Shown here: positions 26,758 to 36,540 of the stretch, piece by piece
Layout of the letters: each line of letters begins with the position of its first letter
Position numbering within the stretch: position 1 is the stretch's first letter
IMG/VR virus record: IMGVR_UViG_3300008448_014394
DNA: 64,000 bases
From: an uncultured virus (IMG/VR IMGVR_UViG_3300008448_014394)
Taxonomy: Duplodnaviria; Heunggongvirae; Uroviricota; Caudoviricetes
Reading direction: 5' to 3' (one strand)
Notes under the pieces: model-generated
The model's database searches: none
What the model was told of the DNA's origin: nothing
The model's input: only the letters and a program-made list of their open reading frames with translations
Program-made: the position numbers and the translations under genes

Positions 26758-29700
26758 TTATCTTCTAATATTAGAAATGAGCAATCGCAAATGATTGGAA
26801 TTATATCCAAGCTTAATTAAAGATTTTTGCAACTTTAAAAGTTTTGACTCTATACTCTTCAAGGGTTCGGCAGATTCATTATTTGGCAACTCTTGCACTT
26901 CGCTGCTTAAATTTTTTGCATTTGCTACTCTATCTTTAATAGACTCTACTCTTTTTACATAGATTGGATTCATGCCAGAAACTGGTACCTTTTCCATAGC
27001 GCGTAACATACTTTCTCTTATGCTATCGTCCATTCCCGATAGAGTAATTAGAGCTTCATCATAGTTGTGGTAAGAATATTCGCTAAGAATGTTTCTAGCC
27101 CCGTCAATAAAATTGATTATCTTTGACTTTATCTCAGGCTCTAGGGCAAAGCGCATTTTTTCAGGAGTATTGGTATGTATTAATAAAGTTATTATAAACT
27201 TAGTGGAAGCATATTTTTTCACAAGATCTATTGCAATAGGCTCTAGCGGCGTGCCAAACAAATTAGCAAAGCTTGCTGCGCCGGTTCCAGAGCCCTTCAA
27301 AATTTTTTCTATTTCTGATAGCATTTCATTAGATTCTAGAAGATTTAATGTGTGCAAAAGCATTATTAATTCTGGAAATCTATCAAAGCTGCTTGTGATG
27401 ATAGATTTCCTGATGATATCTAGATTTTGCGGGGCATATACAAATTTTTTGTATCCTATTTTCATTGCATGATTTAATTGAACAATAGATTTACTAAATA
27501 ATTCGGGTGCATTCTTATTATATCCATTAGATATGCCACGCAAAATAGATCCTACCTGGTATGCGCTACGCCTGTCTAACAAAGCACATTCCGAGAAGTT
27601 AATTTTATGTCTAGCGTATTCATTTAAATATTCCGAAAGACCGAAATACATTGTAATGTCACCTTCTGATATAGACATACCTATTTTATATAAGAATTGA
27701 TCTTTAATATCTGCGTTGTTTAAGGCAAAATCAATAAGTTTTTTGACATCAAAATGGCCATAAAGAATGGCTTGAAGTTCATTATCGCCTAGTGAAAGAA
27801 TAAGGTCTTTTAGATATTTAGAGAATCTAGCTTCTTCTAAGAGCAATACTGTAATTCTAAGAACATAATATCTATTAGAATTATCACTTCTAAGTTCCTT
27901 AATTAAATTAACCAAATTATCATCTAGAGCTTCAGAGCCTGGAATTTTTTCATATATTTTGTTTTGGATTATTCTTGAAGTGAAGTCTCTAATTTGGGTG
28001 CTGTTTCTGAATGCACGCCGTTCGGTTAGGAGAGCCTTGTAAGTTTCTAAAAGTTTATTATTTAACTCTTGGTCATTAAGCTTAGATACCTCATCAAGTA
28101 TATTATTCTCAAAAAGAAGTTTGGGTTCTTTAACCACTTTCGTCAAATAATTATTTATTATATTTTTTTTATCTATAGCAATATTATATTTTTTAATATA
28201 CTTTTGAAAAATTTCATTAAAAACCAGATCTGGGGCATTTTTAAATATGTCTTCCTTATATTTTCCAAACTCTTCTGTATCTGCGTATTTTTCGAAATAA
28301 ATTACGGCATTTTCTACAGTTGGATTTTTAATACCATCTAGTATTGCCTTACTTATTTGCTCAGAAAAAGATTCTTTATACTCTGGAATAGAGTCAATGC
28401 CAATAGCAAATGCTCGGGTTGGATCCTTTTCGAAAAGTCTTCCTACAGCCTTTTGCATCCATGGCTCTTTCTTATATATTTTCCAGATTTCATGGGCTGG
28501 ATTTTCAAATTCTATAACATCTTCTCTGGTAATTAGGGGGTCGTAACCTACTCTGCGATATCTATCATCATCCTCATCCTCGTCCTCATCCTCGTCCTCG
28601 TCAATATCTATCATTTCCCCAAATATGTTCTCTCCGTATACACCATAGTTACCCTTGGAAAATTCCTCAGCCCAAAATTTGGCAACCTCCTTATACTCTG
28701 GGTTATCTCGGTTATATCTTACAAGATTTGATACTATTATCAGGAAGCTTTTATTTTTGACTCGTCTAGCCACATTGATATCAATTTTATCAATCCCTTT
28801 GCCCACCCAGTAAGGTAGCCAGCCAGCTTTGTAAGCTTCTAAAATTTCTTCATCATTATTAAACCTGCTTGCTGCCTCTTCTGCTGTAACCGGAGGAAGT
28901 TTTTTAAAATCGGCACAATCCTTGTATGATAAATTTTTAAAATCTCCAGGCTTATTCTCATCTTCTAAATTAAAAAACTCAAGAATATGCTTTGTAGCCT
29001 CAACATCGGGTGGGGCGTTAAATCTACCCTTAGCTTCTTCTAACTTGCCTGAGTTAAGTCTAAATGTAGCTCTCGGGTTATTTTCAGGATCTCTCAATGA
29101 GTATATTCTTCCAGTTTTGTTATCCTGGTAGAACTTAGATGAGGAACCCAAACAGATTCCCATCTTGTTTCCTTCAACTATTCTATCATTTGATGTTCCT
29201 TCAAGACTTCTATATCTTTTGACCTCTCCCTCTGCTCTAACGTAAACTATAGACCAACCATCGCCAAACCTGTAAACCTGGTCATTATATATATATTGAT
29301 CTTTGTAGTTATGAGACGCGTCATTGATTATTTCTGTATACTTACTCTCTATGGAAGATATATTATCCATAGTTTGTAATGTAATTTTATAACTTTCAAA
29401 TAAGTCTCCCGGCTTCTTTACTTTTTCAGATTGAGTTATATTATTATATATAATCCTGAAGAGTGAGTTAAAATCTCCACCACCCTTCCTTATATACATG
29501 TATGTTCCAATCTCTATAAACTTTTTTTCTGCCTCATTTAACTTTTCATACAACTCTTTCGGTATTGTTAGAGCAAATATCTCCATCAATTCCTCTTCTT
29601 TAAAATATGGACTTGATGCTATATGTAACTTGACCTCATCCTTTGTTGGCTCCCTGCCAAGTGATTCTCTAAGTTCACTTTGCGCCATTGAAAAATTAAG

Positions 29701-29769
29701 AGATGCTGCGGCATTCTTACCAGCCTTAGAAGCCATCTTGATAAGGTTAGTCATTATATTTTTGCTCAT
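26758..29769 (-). CDS. large helical hypothetical protein with PcfJ-like segment and acidic tract
   Basis: EGNKMGICLG..IYSLRD..N.PRAT..EAKGRFNAPP resembles PcfJ-like domains; DEDEDEDEDEDDD tract; GGAG RBS before ATG 29769. Confidence 0.6.
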   Translation of the reverse strand: MSKNIMTNLIKMASKAGKNAAASLNFSMAQSELRESLGREPTKDEVKLHIASSPYFKEEELMEIFALTIPKELYEKLNEAEKKFIEIGTYMYIRKGGGDFNSLFRIIYNNITQSEKVKKPGDLFESYKITLQTMDNISSIESKYTEIINDASHNYKDQYIYNDQVYRFGDGWSIVYVRAEGEVKRYRSLEGTSNDRIVEGNKMGICLGSSSKFYQDNKTGRIYSLRDPENNPRATFRLNSGKLEEAKGRFNAPPDVEATKHILEFFNLEDENKPGDFKNLSYKDCADFKKLPPVTAEEAASRFNNDEEILEAYKAGWLPYWVGKGIDKIDINVARRVKNKSFLIIVSNLVRYNRDNPEYKEVAKFWAEEFSKGNYGVYGENIFGEMIDIDEDEDEDEDEDDDRYRRVGYDPLITREDVIEFENPAHEIWKIYKKEPWMQKAVGRLFEKDPTRAFAIGIDSIPEYKESFSEQISKAILDGIKNPTVENAVIYFEKYADTEEFGKYKEDIFKNAPDLVFNEIFQKYIKKYNIAIDKKNIINNYLTKVVKEPKLLFENNILDEVSKLNDQELNNKLLETYKALLTERRAFRNSTQIRDFTSRIIQNKIYEKIPGSEALDDNLVNLIKELRSDNSNRYYVLRITVLLLEEARFSKYLKDLILSLGDNELQAILYGHFDVKKLIDFALNNADIKDQFLYKIGMSISEGDITMYFGLSEYLNEYARHKINFSECALLDRRSAYQVGSILRGISNGYNKNAPELFSKSIVQLNHAMKIGYKKFVYAPQNLDIIRKSIITSSFDRFPELIMLLHTLNLLESNEMLSEIEKILKGSGTGAASFANLFGTPLEPIAIDLVKKYASTKFIITLLIHTNTPEKMRFALEPEIKSKIINFIDGARNILSEYSYHNYDEALITLSGMDDSIRESMLRAMEKVPVSGMNPIYVKRVESIKDRVANAKNLSSEVQELPNNESAEPLKSIESKLLKLQKSLIKLGYNSNHLRLLISNIRR

Positions 29770-29835
29770 ACCAATCTCCAAAGTTTAATACTCAGATAAT
29801 ATACATTTATTATTAGAATCAAATCTATTTTAATA

Positions 29836-31254
29836 TTATCTTCTTCTCTTATCTATAATAGAGGTACGAGTAGAGGCACCCTGCAGCTTATTGAAGCCAG
29901 AGTTTTTATTTTTGATTTTTCTTTCAATCTGATCCTTAACAGAAGAGACTTTATCTTCTCCTAAATCTAGAGACATTGCATTTGCTCTGGCTTTTTCTTT
30001 TTCTGCTTGGACGGAAGCTTGAGCCTTGCTTTCTTTCTTTAAGTTCTCGATTCTATCTTGTGGTAAGCCCAAACCTGCAAACCAGCTATAAATCTTGACA
30101 GAATCACTATCCATATCATCCATAGCGTAAATACCCTGAAAAATATTAGCACCATTAGTTGCTTCCGAAATCATTGAGAAGCAATAGTCTATATTAATTG
30201 CGGGAAGCTTATCCAGAGCTTCTTGAGATCCTAAGATAATTACACCACCAGTTCTGGTTTGAGTTAGGTCAAAACCTTCTGCAAGCATGTTACTACTTAA
30301 ACTCTTCATGACAGCTTCTGCTAGAGCAGTTTCTTCAGTATAATCTTCAACCTCAACCATGCCATAAACAGAGCAATCACCACAAGAAACAATCTTTCCA
30401 AAATCACTAGGATCCAGCGATGTGAATTGAGAAGGCTGAGAGGTTAAAGTATTGAATAGGTTAATAGGATCTACGATTGCAGAGTTAGCAGTTGACCAGA
30501 ACTGAGATTGACTTAACCCACCATAAATCTGCTCAATTCTAGCGTTATCAACAACAACTAGAGATGAAATCATATTTGAGGATGTCATTTTAGCAAGCCG
30601 AGCCAATGTTTCTATTGAATTCTTTTTGGATTGAGCATCTTCCGTTGCCTTAGGGAGGATATAAATAACACCTAGTGGCATGCCTAGACTGAAAAGAAGT
30701 GGGATCATAGTATCAACGGATGAGGAGCCTGTACCACCACCACCAGAAATAGCTAAGAAAAGCATATCATTACCATCTGCAATTGCTTCTATGAAGGTAG
30801 TGAGTTGCTCCTGATTTTGCTCAAATATTTGCCTGCCAAGATCTAGGTCCTTTCCCGTTCCGCCCAAGCTTCCTTCTAGTAGTAGCTTTTGATCCGGCGG
30901 AACATTGATATAAGCAAGGTCTTGTGCAGAGGTATTTACAACGCCAGCATCATATCCTAACCTTGAAAATTCTTCAGCGATTCTAGAGCCAGCCTGGCCA
31001 ATGCCAATTACGCCCATTTTAATACTAACGGATCGCTCCACTGGTGCTGACATGATAGCCTCTTCTTCTTTTACCTTTTCTGCCAATTTTGCCTTAAGAG
31101 CTGCAAGTTTTTCTGCGTCCACTTTTCTCTCCATTTTTACCTCTTTATCTCCGGAAATTGCATTTAACAAACTTTGATTATCTGATTCAATTTCTTCTTT
31201 GGTTTTTTGTTTTGGCGAATTATCTATTTCTTTCATAGTTACAGACTCTGACAT
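29836..31254 (-). CDS. tubulin/FtsZ-family GTPase (PhuZ/TubZ/CetZ-like)
   Basis: GIGQAGSRIA, VNTSAQDL, GTGKD...G, signature GGGGTGS, VVDN and T7-like LDPSD. Confidence 0.9.
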   Translation of the reverse strand: MSESVTMKEIDNSPKQKTKEEIESDNQSLLNAISGDKEVKMERKVDAEKLAALKAKLAEKVKEEEAIMSAPVERSVSIKMGVIGIGQAGSRIAEEFSRLGYDAGVVNTSAQDLAYINVPPDQKLLLEGSLGGTGKDLDLGRQIFEQNQEQLTTFIEAIADGNDMLFLAISGGGGTGSSSVDTMIPLLFSLGMPLGVIYILPKATEDAQSKKNSIETLARLAKMTSSNMISSLVVVDNARIEQIYGGLSQSQFWSTANSAIVDPINLFNTLTSQPSQFTSLDPSDFGKIVSCGDCSVYGMVEVEDYTEETALAEAVMKSLSSNMLAEGFDLTQTRTGGVIILGSQEALDKLPAINIDYCFSMISEATNGANIFQGIYAMDDMDSDSVKIYSWFAGLGLPQDRIENLKKESKAQASVQAEKEKARANAMSLDLGEDKVSSVKDQIERKIKNKNSGFNKLQGASTRTSIIDKRRR

Positions 31255-31944
31255 TTAAACTCCAGACATTCTCTTGATTGAGTGTTCTCTTATTTCTTTA
31301 ATATTAGCATTTTCAACCTCTTTTGAATTGGTTGACTGAGTAAGGGAACTTCCGCCTGTATTTACCCTATAATAGTATAAGGTTTCTGGCAGATACTTAA
31401 TACTGGCGACTTCAGAAATTCTCAGCCAAAAGTCATAATCCTCACAGATCCTATATTTTTCATTGAAGTATCCTACCTTATCAATTAGAGATCTCCTTAT
31501 AGTAACAGATCCCGTTGCTACCAGATTGACCTTCATCAAATTGTTATAATTTACAATTACATTTTTTGAATAAAACTGTGGATACAGCATGCCATTTATA
31601 ATTCTTTGGTAGTTTCCACAAATCATATCAACATCTTTGGAGAAGTTATCTAGAGTTAGCTTTATTTTATCTAAACTCATGATATCATCATCATCTAAGA
31701 AAGATATGTATTCTTGAGTTGTATTTTTAATACCAAAGTTTCTAGCAGCCCCTGGGCCACCATTTTTATCTGTTTTAAGAAAATTTATGGTAGGGTACTT
31801 TTGCTTTAAACCATCAAGCGGTTTTGTGGAGCAATCATCTACAACTGTTATTTTAACATCACTATGAGATTGCTTCAGGCAACTATTTATTGCCTGATAA
31901 ATATATTCATTGGAATTGAAAGTTGGAATTATTATATCAATCAT
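31255..31944 (-). CDS. GT2 family glycosyltransferase
   Basis: IIIPTFN, VVDDCST, GPGAARNFG, FLDDDD and EDYDFWLR. Confidence 0.92.
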   Translation of the reverse strand: MIDIIIPTFNSNEYIYQAINSCLKQSHSDVKITVVDDCSTKPLDGLKQKYPTINFLKTDKNGGPGAARNFGIKNTTQEYISFLDDDDIMSLDKIKLTLDNFSKDVDMICGNYQRIINGMLYPQFYSKNVIVNYNNLMKVNLVATGSVTIRRSLIDKVGYFNEKYRICEDYDFWLRISEVASIKYLPETLYYYRVNTGGSSLTQSTNSKEVENANIKEIREHSIKRMSGV

Positions 31945-32863
31945 GTATATTTTTCTCTATATAATACTTTGCTGTATTAGAAAAGTTATCTTTAACAAAT
32001 TTAACTGCACCTAACTTGAGGCTTCTATATAGCTCTTCATTTTCCATGATTTCAGTAATAGCAATGCAGTAATCATCTATAGTCCTATTAGTTATTATAC
32101 CAGTAGAATAGTTTTCTCCCATGACTTCTATCTTTGGGTGAGAGACTGATGGCAGCCCACTAGACCAACTTTCACATAAGGCTAGGCCCATAGTTTCCGA
32201 TATGGAAGTTGTAAAATACATATGACATTCCTTAGCCTCATTAATATGATCATAGTAAGTGTATGGAGTGGGATAGCCTATAAATTTAAACTTATAATTT
32301 GGTAGTCTTTTTGCAACCTCTAATCCAAAGTTTATATCTTTAATTTTATGAGTACAATTACCCTTCCAAAGTATAGATCCATTGTCTATCCCTGATGGTT
32401 GCCATAAATCTTGATCTGGTCCAATCATAAGCACTTCAACAAACTTAGGGTCTATATTGTAATTTTTTTGTACTTTAAACTTAATCCTTTTGTTTACAAC
32501 AAAAAGCTTAGAGAATTTAGTATTGGATAAAAAGCCAAGCTCTTTTTCTGGATTCTCTCCATCTATAACATTTGGGCCAATAAATATCTTTTTATCAGGC
32601 CACTTATTTAGTATGCTAGAGAATTGATCAAACATATCACTCCATAGATGTATGATCTTTGAAGACTTTATAGCTTTATCTAGGAGGTGTGTATTTTTAA
32701 AATCTTTTATGGACTTATCCCAAGATTCCATAATTGAGAATACTTCTACTTCTACTCCTAAGGATTTTAGATCTTTAACAAAGTTAGTAAGACAAATGCC
32801 GGGGCCATTTGCATAGCGACCGGCATTCCCATAATTAAAGGTAAGGAAAGTTACATCTGGCAT
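31937..32863 (-). CDS. GT-B (GT4-like) glycosyltransferase
   Basis: C-terminal SISETMGLALCESWSSGLP (ExxGxxxxE) motif. Confidence 0.75.
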   Translation of the reverse strand: MPDVTFLTFNYGNAGRYANGPGICLTNFVKDLKSLGVEVEVFSIMESWDKSIKDFKNTHLLDKAIKSSKIIHLWSDMFDQFSSILNKWPDKKIFIGPNVIDGENPEKELGFLSNTKFSKLFVVNKRIKFKVQKNYNIDPKFVEVLMIGPDQDLWQPSGIDNGSILWKGNCTHKIKDINFGLEVAKRLPNYKFKFIGYPTPYTYYDHINEAKECHMYFTTSISETMGLALCESWSSGLPSVSHPKIEVMGENYSTGIITNRTIDDYCIAITEIMENEELYRSLKLGAVKFVKDNFSNTAKYYIEKNIHD

Positions 32864-33189
32864 CAAGATCCTTTTGTATGTTTTGAAAATAAACCCTCAA
32901 GCCCTTCCTTGCCTTTAAATCCAACCATTCTATCTAGTTCCTTGCCATCTTTGAATACAATTAAGCATGGGATATTAGTGATTGAGTGTTTGACTCCAGC
33001 CTCTTGCACTCTTGCTACGTTTACTTTTGCAACTTTGATTGCCCCCTCATACTTATCAGATAGGGAGTCTAGCAGTGGAGCTATTGACTTACAGGGTCCG
33101 CACCAATCTGCCCAGAAGTCAATTAGGCAAAGTTCGCCTGATGCGACTACTTCATTTAGTTGTTCTAAATTCAAATCTTCTACTGCCAT
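32863..33189 (-). CDS. trxA: thioredoxin
   Basis: DFWADWCGPCK, cis-Pro motif NIP and FKDG. Confidence 0.95.
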   Translation of the reverse strand: MAVEDLNLEQLNEVVASGELCLIDFWADWCGPCKSIAPLLDSLSDKYEGAIKVAKVNVARVQEAGVKHSITNIPCLIVFKDGKELDRMVGFKGKEGLEGLFSKHTKGS

Positions 33190-33199
33190 AGCACCCTCC

Positions 33200-33415
33200 T
33201 TAGTTTAGCTCATATAAATCTATATCCATATCTTCAATAATCATATTTAATACGTCGGCTTGCTCTTCGGCCCTCATTCTAGAAAATTCTGGAAACATTT
33301 CTTTTGCCATATCATTAGCTAATATTATCATTACCTGATCTTTTGTTTTAACTATTTCATAAGCTTTTAAAACTCTTAGACAATCTTCAAATTGTTGTCT
33401 AGTATAAAACATCAT
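33200..33415 (-). CDS. hypothetical protein
   Basis: ORF track; GGAGAGG RBS. Confidence 0.6.
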   Translation of the reverse strand: MMFYTRQQFEDCLRVLKAYEIVKTKDQVMIILANDMAKEMFPEFSRMRAEEQADVLNMIIEDMDIDLYELN

Positions 33416-33575
33416 CCTCTCCTGATTCTTCTTCTTGACTAGGATTCTTTGAATCTCTAACTAAATCGTCAACGGTATATCTAACCTTTTCAGTCTCGGA
33501 AGCCTGCTTGTTATTATCTTTTTTGATTATTTTATCTTTATATACTTTGGTTTCGCCATCTTTAATAAAACCCAT
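33399..33575 (-). CDS. small hypothetical protein (58 aa)
   Basis: Below the track cutoff; GGAGGG RBS then MGFIKDGETKVYKDK...EDDVLY. Confidence 0.6.
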   Translation of the reverse strand: MGFIKDGETKVYKDKIIKKDNNKQASETEKVRYTVDDLVRDSKNPSQEEESGEDDVLY

Positions 33576-33823
33576 GATACCCTCCAGGCTCTAATTCTTA
33601 CTTACTCTACAGATTTAATAGATATGGTCACTACCCATATAGTTTACCATAGAGATTAGGATAGAACAATTAAATATAATATACTATATTTATGACCAAT
33701 CACTATTATTTTAGGATTGAACATAGCAATGCTAAATTAATGATAACTCAATATTGATTATGCATAATTTACATATTGAATTAGATCTTTGAAATAAAAT
33801 ATAATATTTTAATGATATGTGTC

Positions 33824-34762
33824 TTATTTTGATATTTTAAGGTACCAATTTATAGTATTTTTAAGGCCATCATTAAATGATTTTTTAATTTTATATCCTA
33901 GCATGTTAGAGGCCGAAGATATATCCGCTTGAGAACACTTCACATCTCCTGGCCTGCTTTCTATATATTTTGCAGGAAGGCATCCCATTAGTCTATGCAA
34001 ATCATTAATGGAAGTTTTATCACCACATCCTATATTAAAAACATCGCCTATCAACCGTCCGCCTATGGTGGCTGCAAGAATATTTGCATGTACTACATTT
34101 TCTACAGGACAGAAATCTCTAAACTGGCTTCCGTCACCATGAATTATTGGTTGTGTATTGTTTTTAAGACTTTCTGCAAAAGAAGAAATTACAGATGCAT
34201 ATGGTGAATCACCATATTGTCTTGGACCAAAAACATTAAAATATCTTAGGCAAACAGTCTCTAGGTTATAGGTATTAGAGAAAAGTTTGCAGTATTCTTC
34301 TCCTACTTTTTTTTGGAGTGCATATGGAGATTTGGGGTTCAGTGGTGTATTTTCTGGCGTAGGGAGTACTTCGGAACCACCATACACAGAAGAAGATGAA
34401 GAAAATACAAACCTTTTTACATTTACATTTTTTGATGCTTCTAAAATATTAACAGTTCCGCTGATATTAACAAAATCGGAATCATGAGGATTTTCAACGG
34501 AATATGCAACTCCAGGTATTGCAGCCAAATGAAAGGTGATATCTGGACTAAAGTTTTTAAATATTTGAAATATAGATGGAGATGTAATACTTATATTTTC
34601 TAAAAATAATTTTTTATTATTGTGGTGCCTGATATTAGAATATCTTCCAGATCTGAAGTTATCAATAATTAAAACTTCTATATCTTTTTCTAATAACGCA
34701 TCAACAATATGACTGCCTATAAAGCCAGCCCCACCTGTAACTATAGCTTTATTAAAATTCAT
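33824..34762 (-). CDS. NAD-dependent nucleotide-sugar epimerase/dehydratase (GalE/WbpP-like)
   Basis: TGGAGFIGSH, HLAA, SSSSVYG, YALQK, LRYFNVFGP and GDGSQFRDF. Confidence 0.93.
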   Translation of the reverse strand: MNFNKAIVTGGAGFIGSHIVDALLEKDIEVLIIDNFRSGRYSNIRHHNNKKLFLENISITSPSIFQIFKNFSPDITFHLAAIPGVAYSVENPHDSDFVNISGTVNILEASKNVNVKRFVFSSSSSVYGGSEVLPTPENTPLNPKSPYALQKKVGEEYCKLFSNTYNLETVCLRYFNVFGPRQYGDSPYASVISSFAESLKNNTQPIIHGDGSQFRDFCPVENVVHANILAATIGGRLIGDVFNIGCGDKTSINDLHRLMGCLPAKYIESRPGDVKCSQADISSASNMLGYKIKKSFNDGLKNTINWYLKISK

Positions 34763-35601
34763 TAGTCTTTTCTCATTTTATTTCTTTCACTTATGCAAGC
34801 ATCTACAATAGCATTTGGCGTACCCATCCGTTTCATAAAATGATTTAGAGCATTAGTATCTTTAGGGAAGCAAGCGCCACCATAGCTTAATTGACCATCT
34901 AAGCCTATTGTTGTGTGCATTGGATTTATCCATCCATTTTTAAGCATCATGGATTTTACAGCTGAATAATCCGCACCAATCCTTTGACAGAGTAGATAGA
35001 ATTCGTTAAAAATCTGCACTTTTATTGCATAAAAATTATTGCAAAATAACTTCATGGATTCAGACTCTTCTGACGAGCATATTGATATTTCAGCCTCCGG
35101 ATATAATTCATTATATAAATCTGATAATACATCTATACTTTGATACTGAGTAACGAGTCCTTTTGAATCTTTTGTAGCAACAAGTCTATGTTGTCCAATT
35201 ACGATATGCTTTTGATTATCAAAATCTTCAAATGCAGTTCTGGCTGTTAAAAATTCCGGATTGTGACAAATGTTTAGATGATAGGCTTCTGATAGTAACT
35301 TTGTAGTTCCTGGCTCAATTGTACTTTTTATAACTACCAAGCCCTGGTATCTTTTGTACGCATCAGCTGGGTTAGATAAAAAGCCTAACACCTCTTGTAG
35401 CGCCGCTATGTCAAATCCATGACCATCTACATAGGGCGTTGGCAGGCATAAGAATATGACATCTGTACTCAAAAGAGACTCGAGATTACCAATACTTTTA
35501 AATTTATCATAGATTAATACTGAGACTCCTTTTGATTCAAAACTTTTTATAATTGCTCCACCAACGAACCCAGAGCCAACTATTCCAATTTTATTTTCCA
35601 T
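34762..35601 (-). CDS. ugd: UDP-glucose/GDP-mannose 6-dehydrogenase (short form without C-terminal domain)
   Basis: GSGFVG, LPTP, KSTIEPGTT, NPEFL and YGGACFPKD. Confidence 0.88.
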   Translation of the reverse strand: MENKIGIVGSGFVGGAIIKSFESKGVSVLIYDKFKSIGNLESLLSTDVIFLCLPTPYVDGHGFDIAALQEVLGFLSNPADAYKRYQGLVVIKSTIEPGTTKLLSEAYHLNICHNPEFLTARTAFEDFDNQKHIVIGQHRLVATKDSKGLVTQYQSIDVLSDLYNELYPEAEISICSSEESESMKLFCNNFYAIKVQIFNEFYLLCQRIGADYSAVKSMMLKNGWINPMHTTIGLDGQLSYGGACFPKDTNALNHFMKRMGTPNAIVDACISERNKMRKD

Positions 35602-35615
35602 AAAATCTCCTTATC

Positions 35616-36539
35616 TTATCTAACTCTATGATTTTCAAAAATAGGAATCCATTGTTTGGCCCTAACTTTCCAGGTCCAATTTTTTTCTATTTCTAGCCTG
35701 TTATATTTACCCATTTTAGTACCCAGTTCTCTATTGTTTTTCAAAATAAGTATTTTTTCTATAAAACTATTTATTGTTTGCTCAACATTATTTTTATTAT
35801 ATCTTGGTATTAAAAATCCATTATAGTTATCTTTTATTAGGAGTGGCACGCAACCAACAGATGTAGAGACAATTGGCAAACCCGATGACGCTGCCTCAAA
35901 AACGCTTCCTGGTGTCCCCTCAAATAAAGATGTTGATATTAGCAAATCTATATTTTTGTATACCCTAGGCATTTCATCATGGCTTATTGCGTTAGTATAA
36001 TTATTTGAATGTATTAAAAATTCTATATCATTATGTTCAGACATTTTTTTCACTATTGGCATCAAAATACTTTCAAATCCTTTAATATCATAAGGTTTTT
36101 TATCTAGATAGCCAGATGTTTTTTGTCCCACCCACCCTACTACAAACTTATTATTTTGTTTTTTTTCATTTGGATAAAATTTATTTTCATTTACCCCGTT
36201 AAAACAGGGGTATATATTTTTATTTATTTTTTCTTTCTTAGCTAACTCAAAAAGTTCTTGTGATACACAAGATATAGCTAAAAATTTTTTTATAGTATTA
36301 TACGAATTTTGAGAATGTAATATTCTATAATTATGGCTCGATATTCCTGCAGTTATTTTGCTATGGCTCGAGCCAATCATCCAGCTAAATGAATGGATTG
36401 AATTAAAGCTTAATAAATCATTGGAATTAAAATCTTTCATTTTTTTTATTTCGATATTATATGGTAAATTTTTCTTTAGTTCTTTAGCTTTAATATCCCA
36501 AGCCCAACCATCAACATCTGTTAGCAATAATACATCCAT
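35616..36539 (-). CDS. GT4-like glycosyltransferase
   Basis: NGVN..FYP, VGWVG, SLFEGTPGSVFEAASSGLPIVSTSVG. Confidence 0.88.
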   Translation of the reverse strand: MDVLLLTDVDGWAWDIKAKELKKNLPYNIEIKKMKDFNSNDLLSFNSIHSFSWMIGSSHSKITAGISSHNYRILHSQNSYNTIKKFLAISCVSQELFELAKKEKINKNIYPCFNGVNENKFYPNEKKQNNKFVVGWVGQKTSGYLDKKPYDIKGFESILMPIVKKMSEHNDIEFLIHSNNYTNAISHDEMPRVYKNIDLLISTSLFEGTPGSVFEAASSGLPIVSTSVGCVPLLIKDNYNGFLIPRYNKNNVEQTINSFIEKILILKNNRELGTKMGKYNRLEIEKNWTWKVRAKQWIPIFENHRVR

Positions 36540-36540
36540 T

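Noticed and set aside
29836..31254. Calling the tubulin ftsZ
   Set aside because: It lacks the FtsZ GGGGxN and NxDFAD motifs and has no division-cluster context.
34762..35601. ugd as a truncated pseudogene
   Set aside because: Catalytic GGxCFPKD and NAD-binding motifs are intact, the gene is coupled to the epimerase, and short forms are known from viruses.
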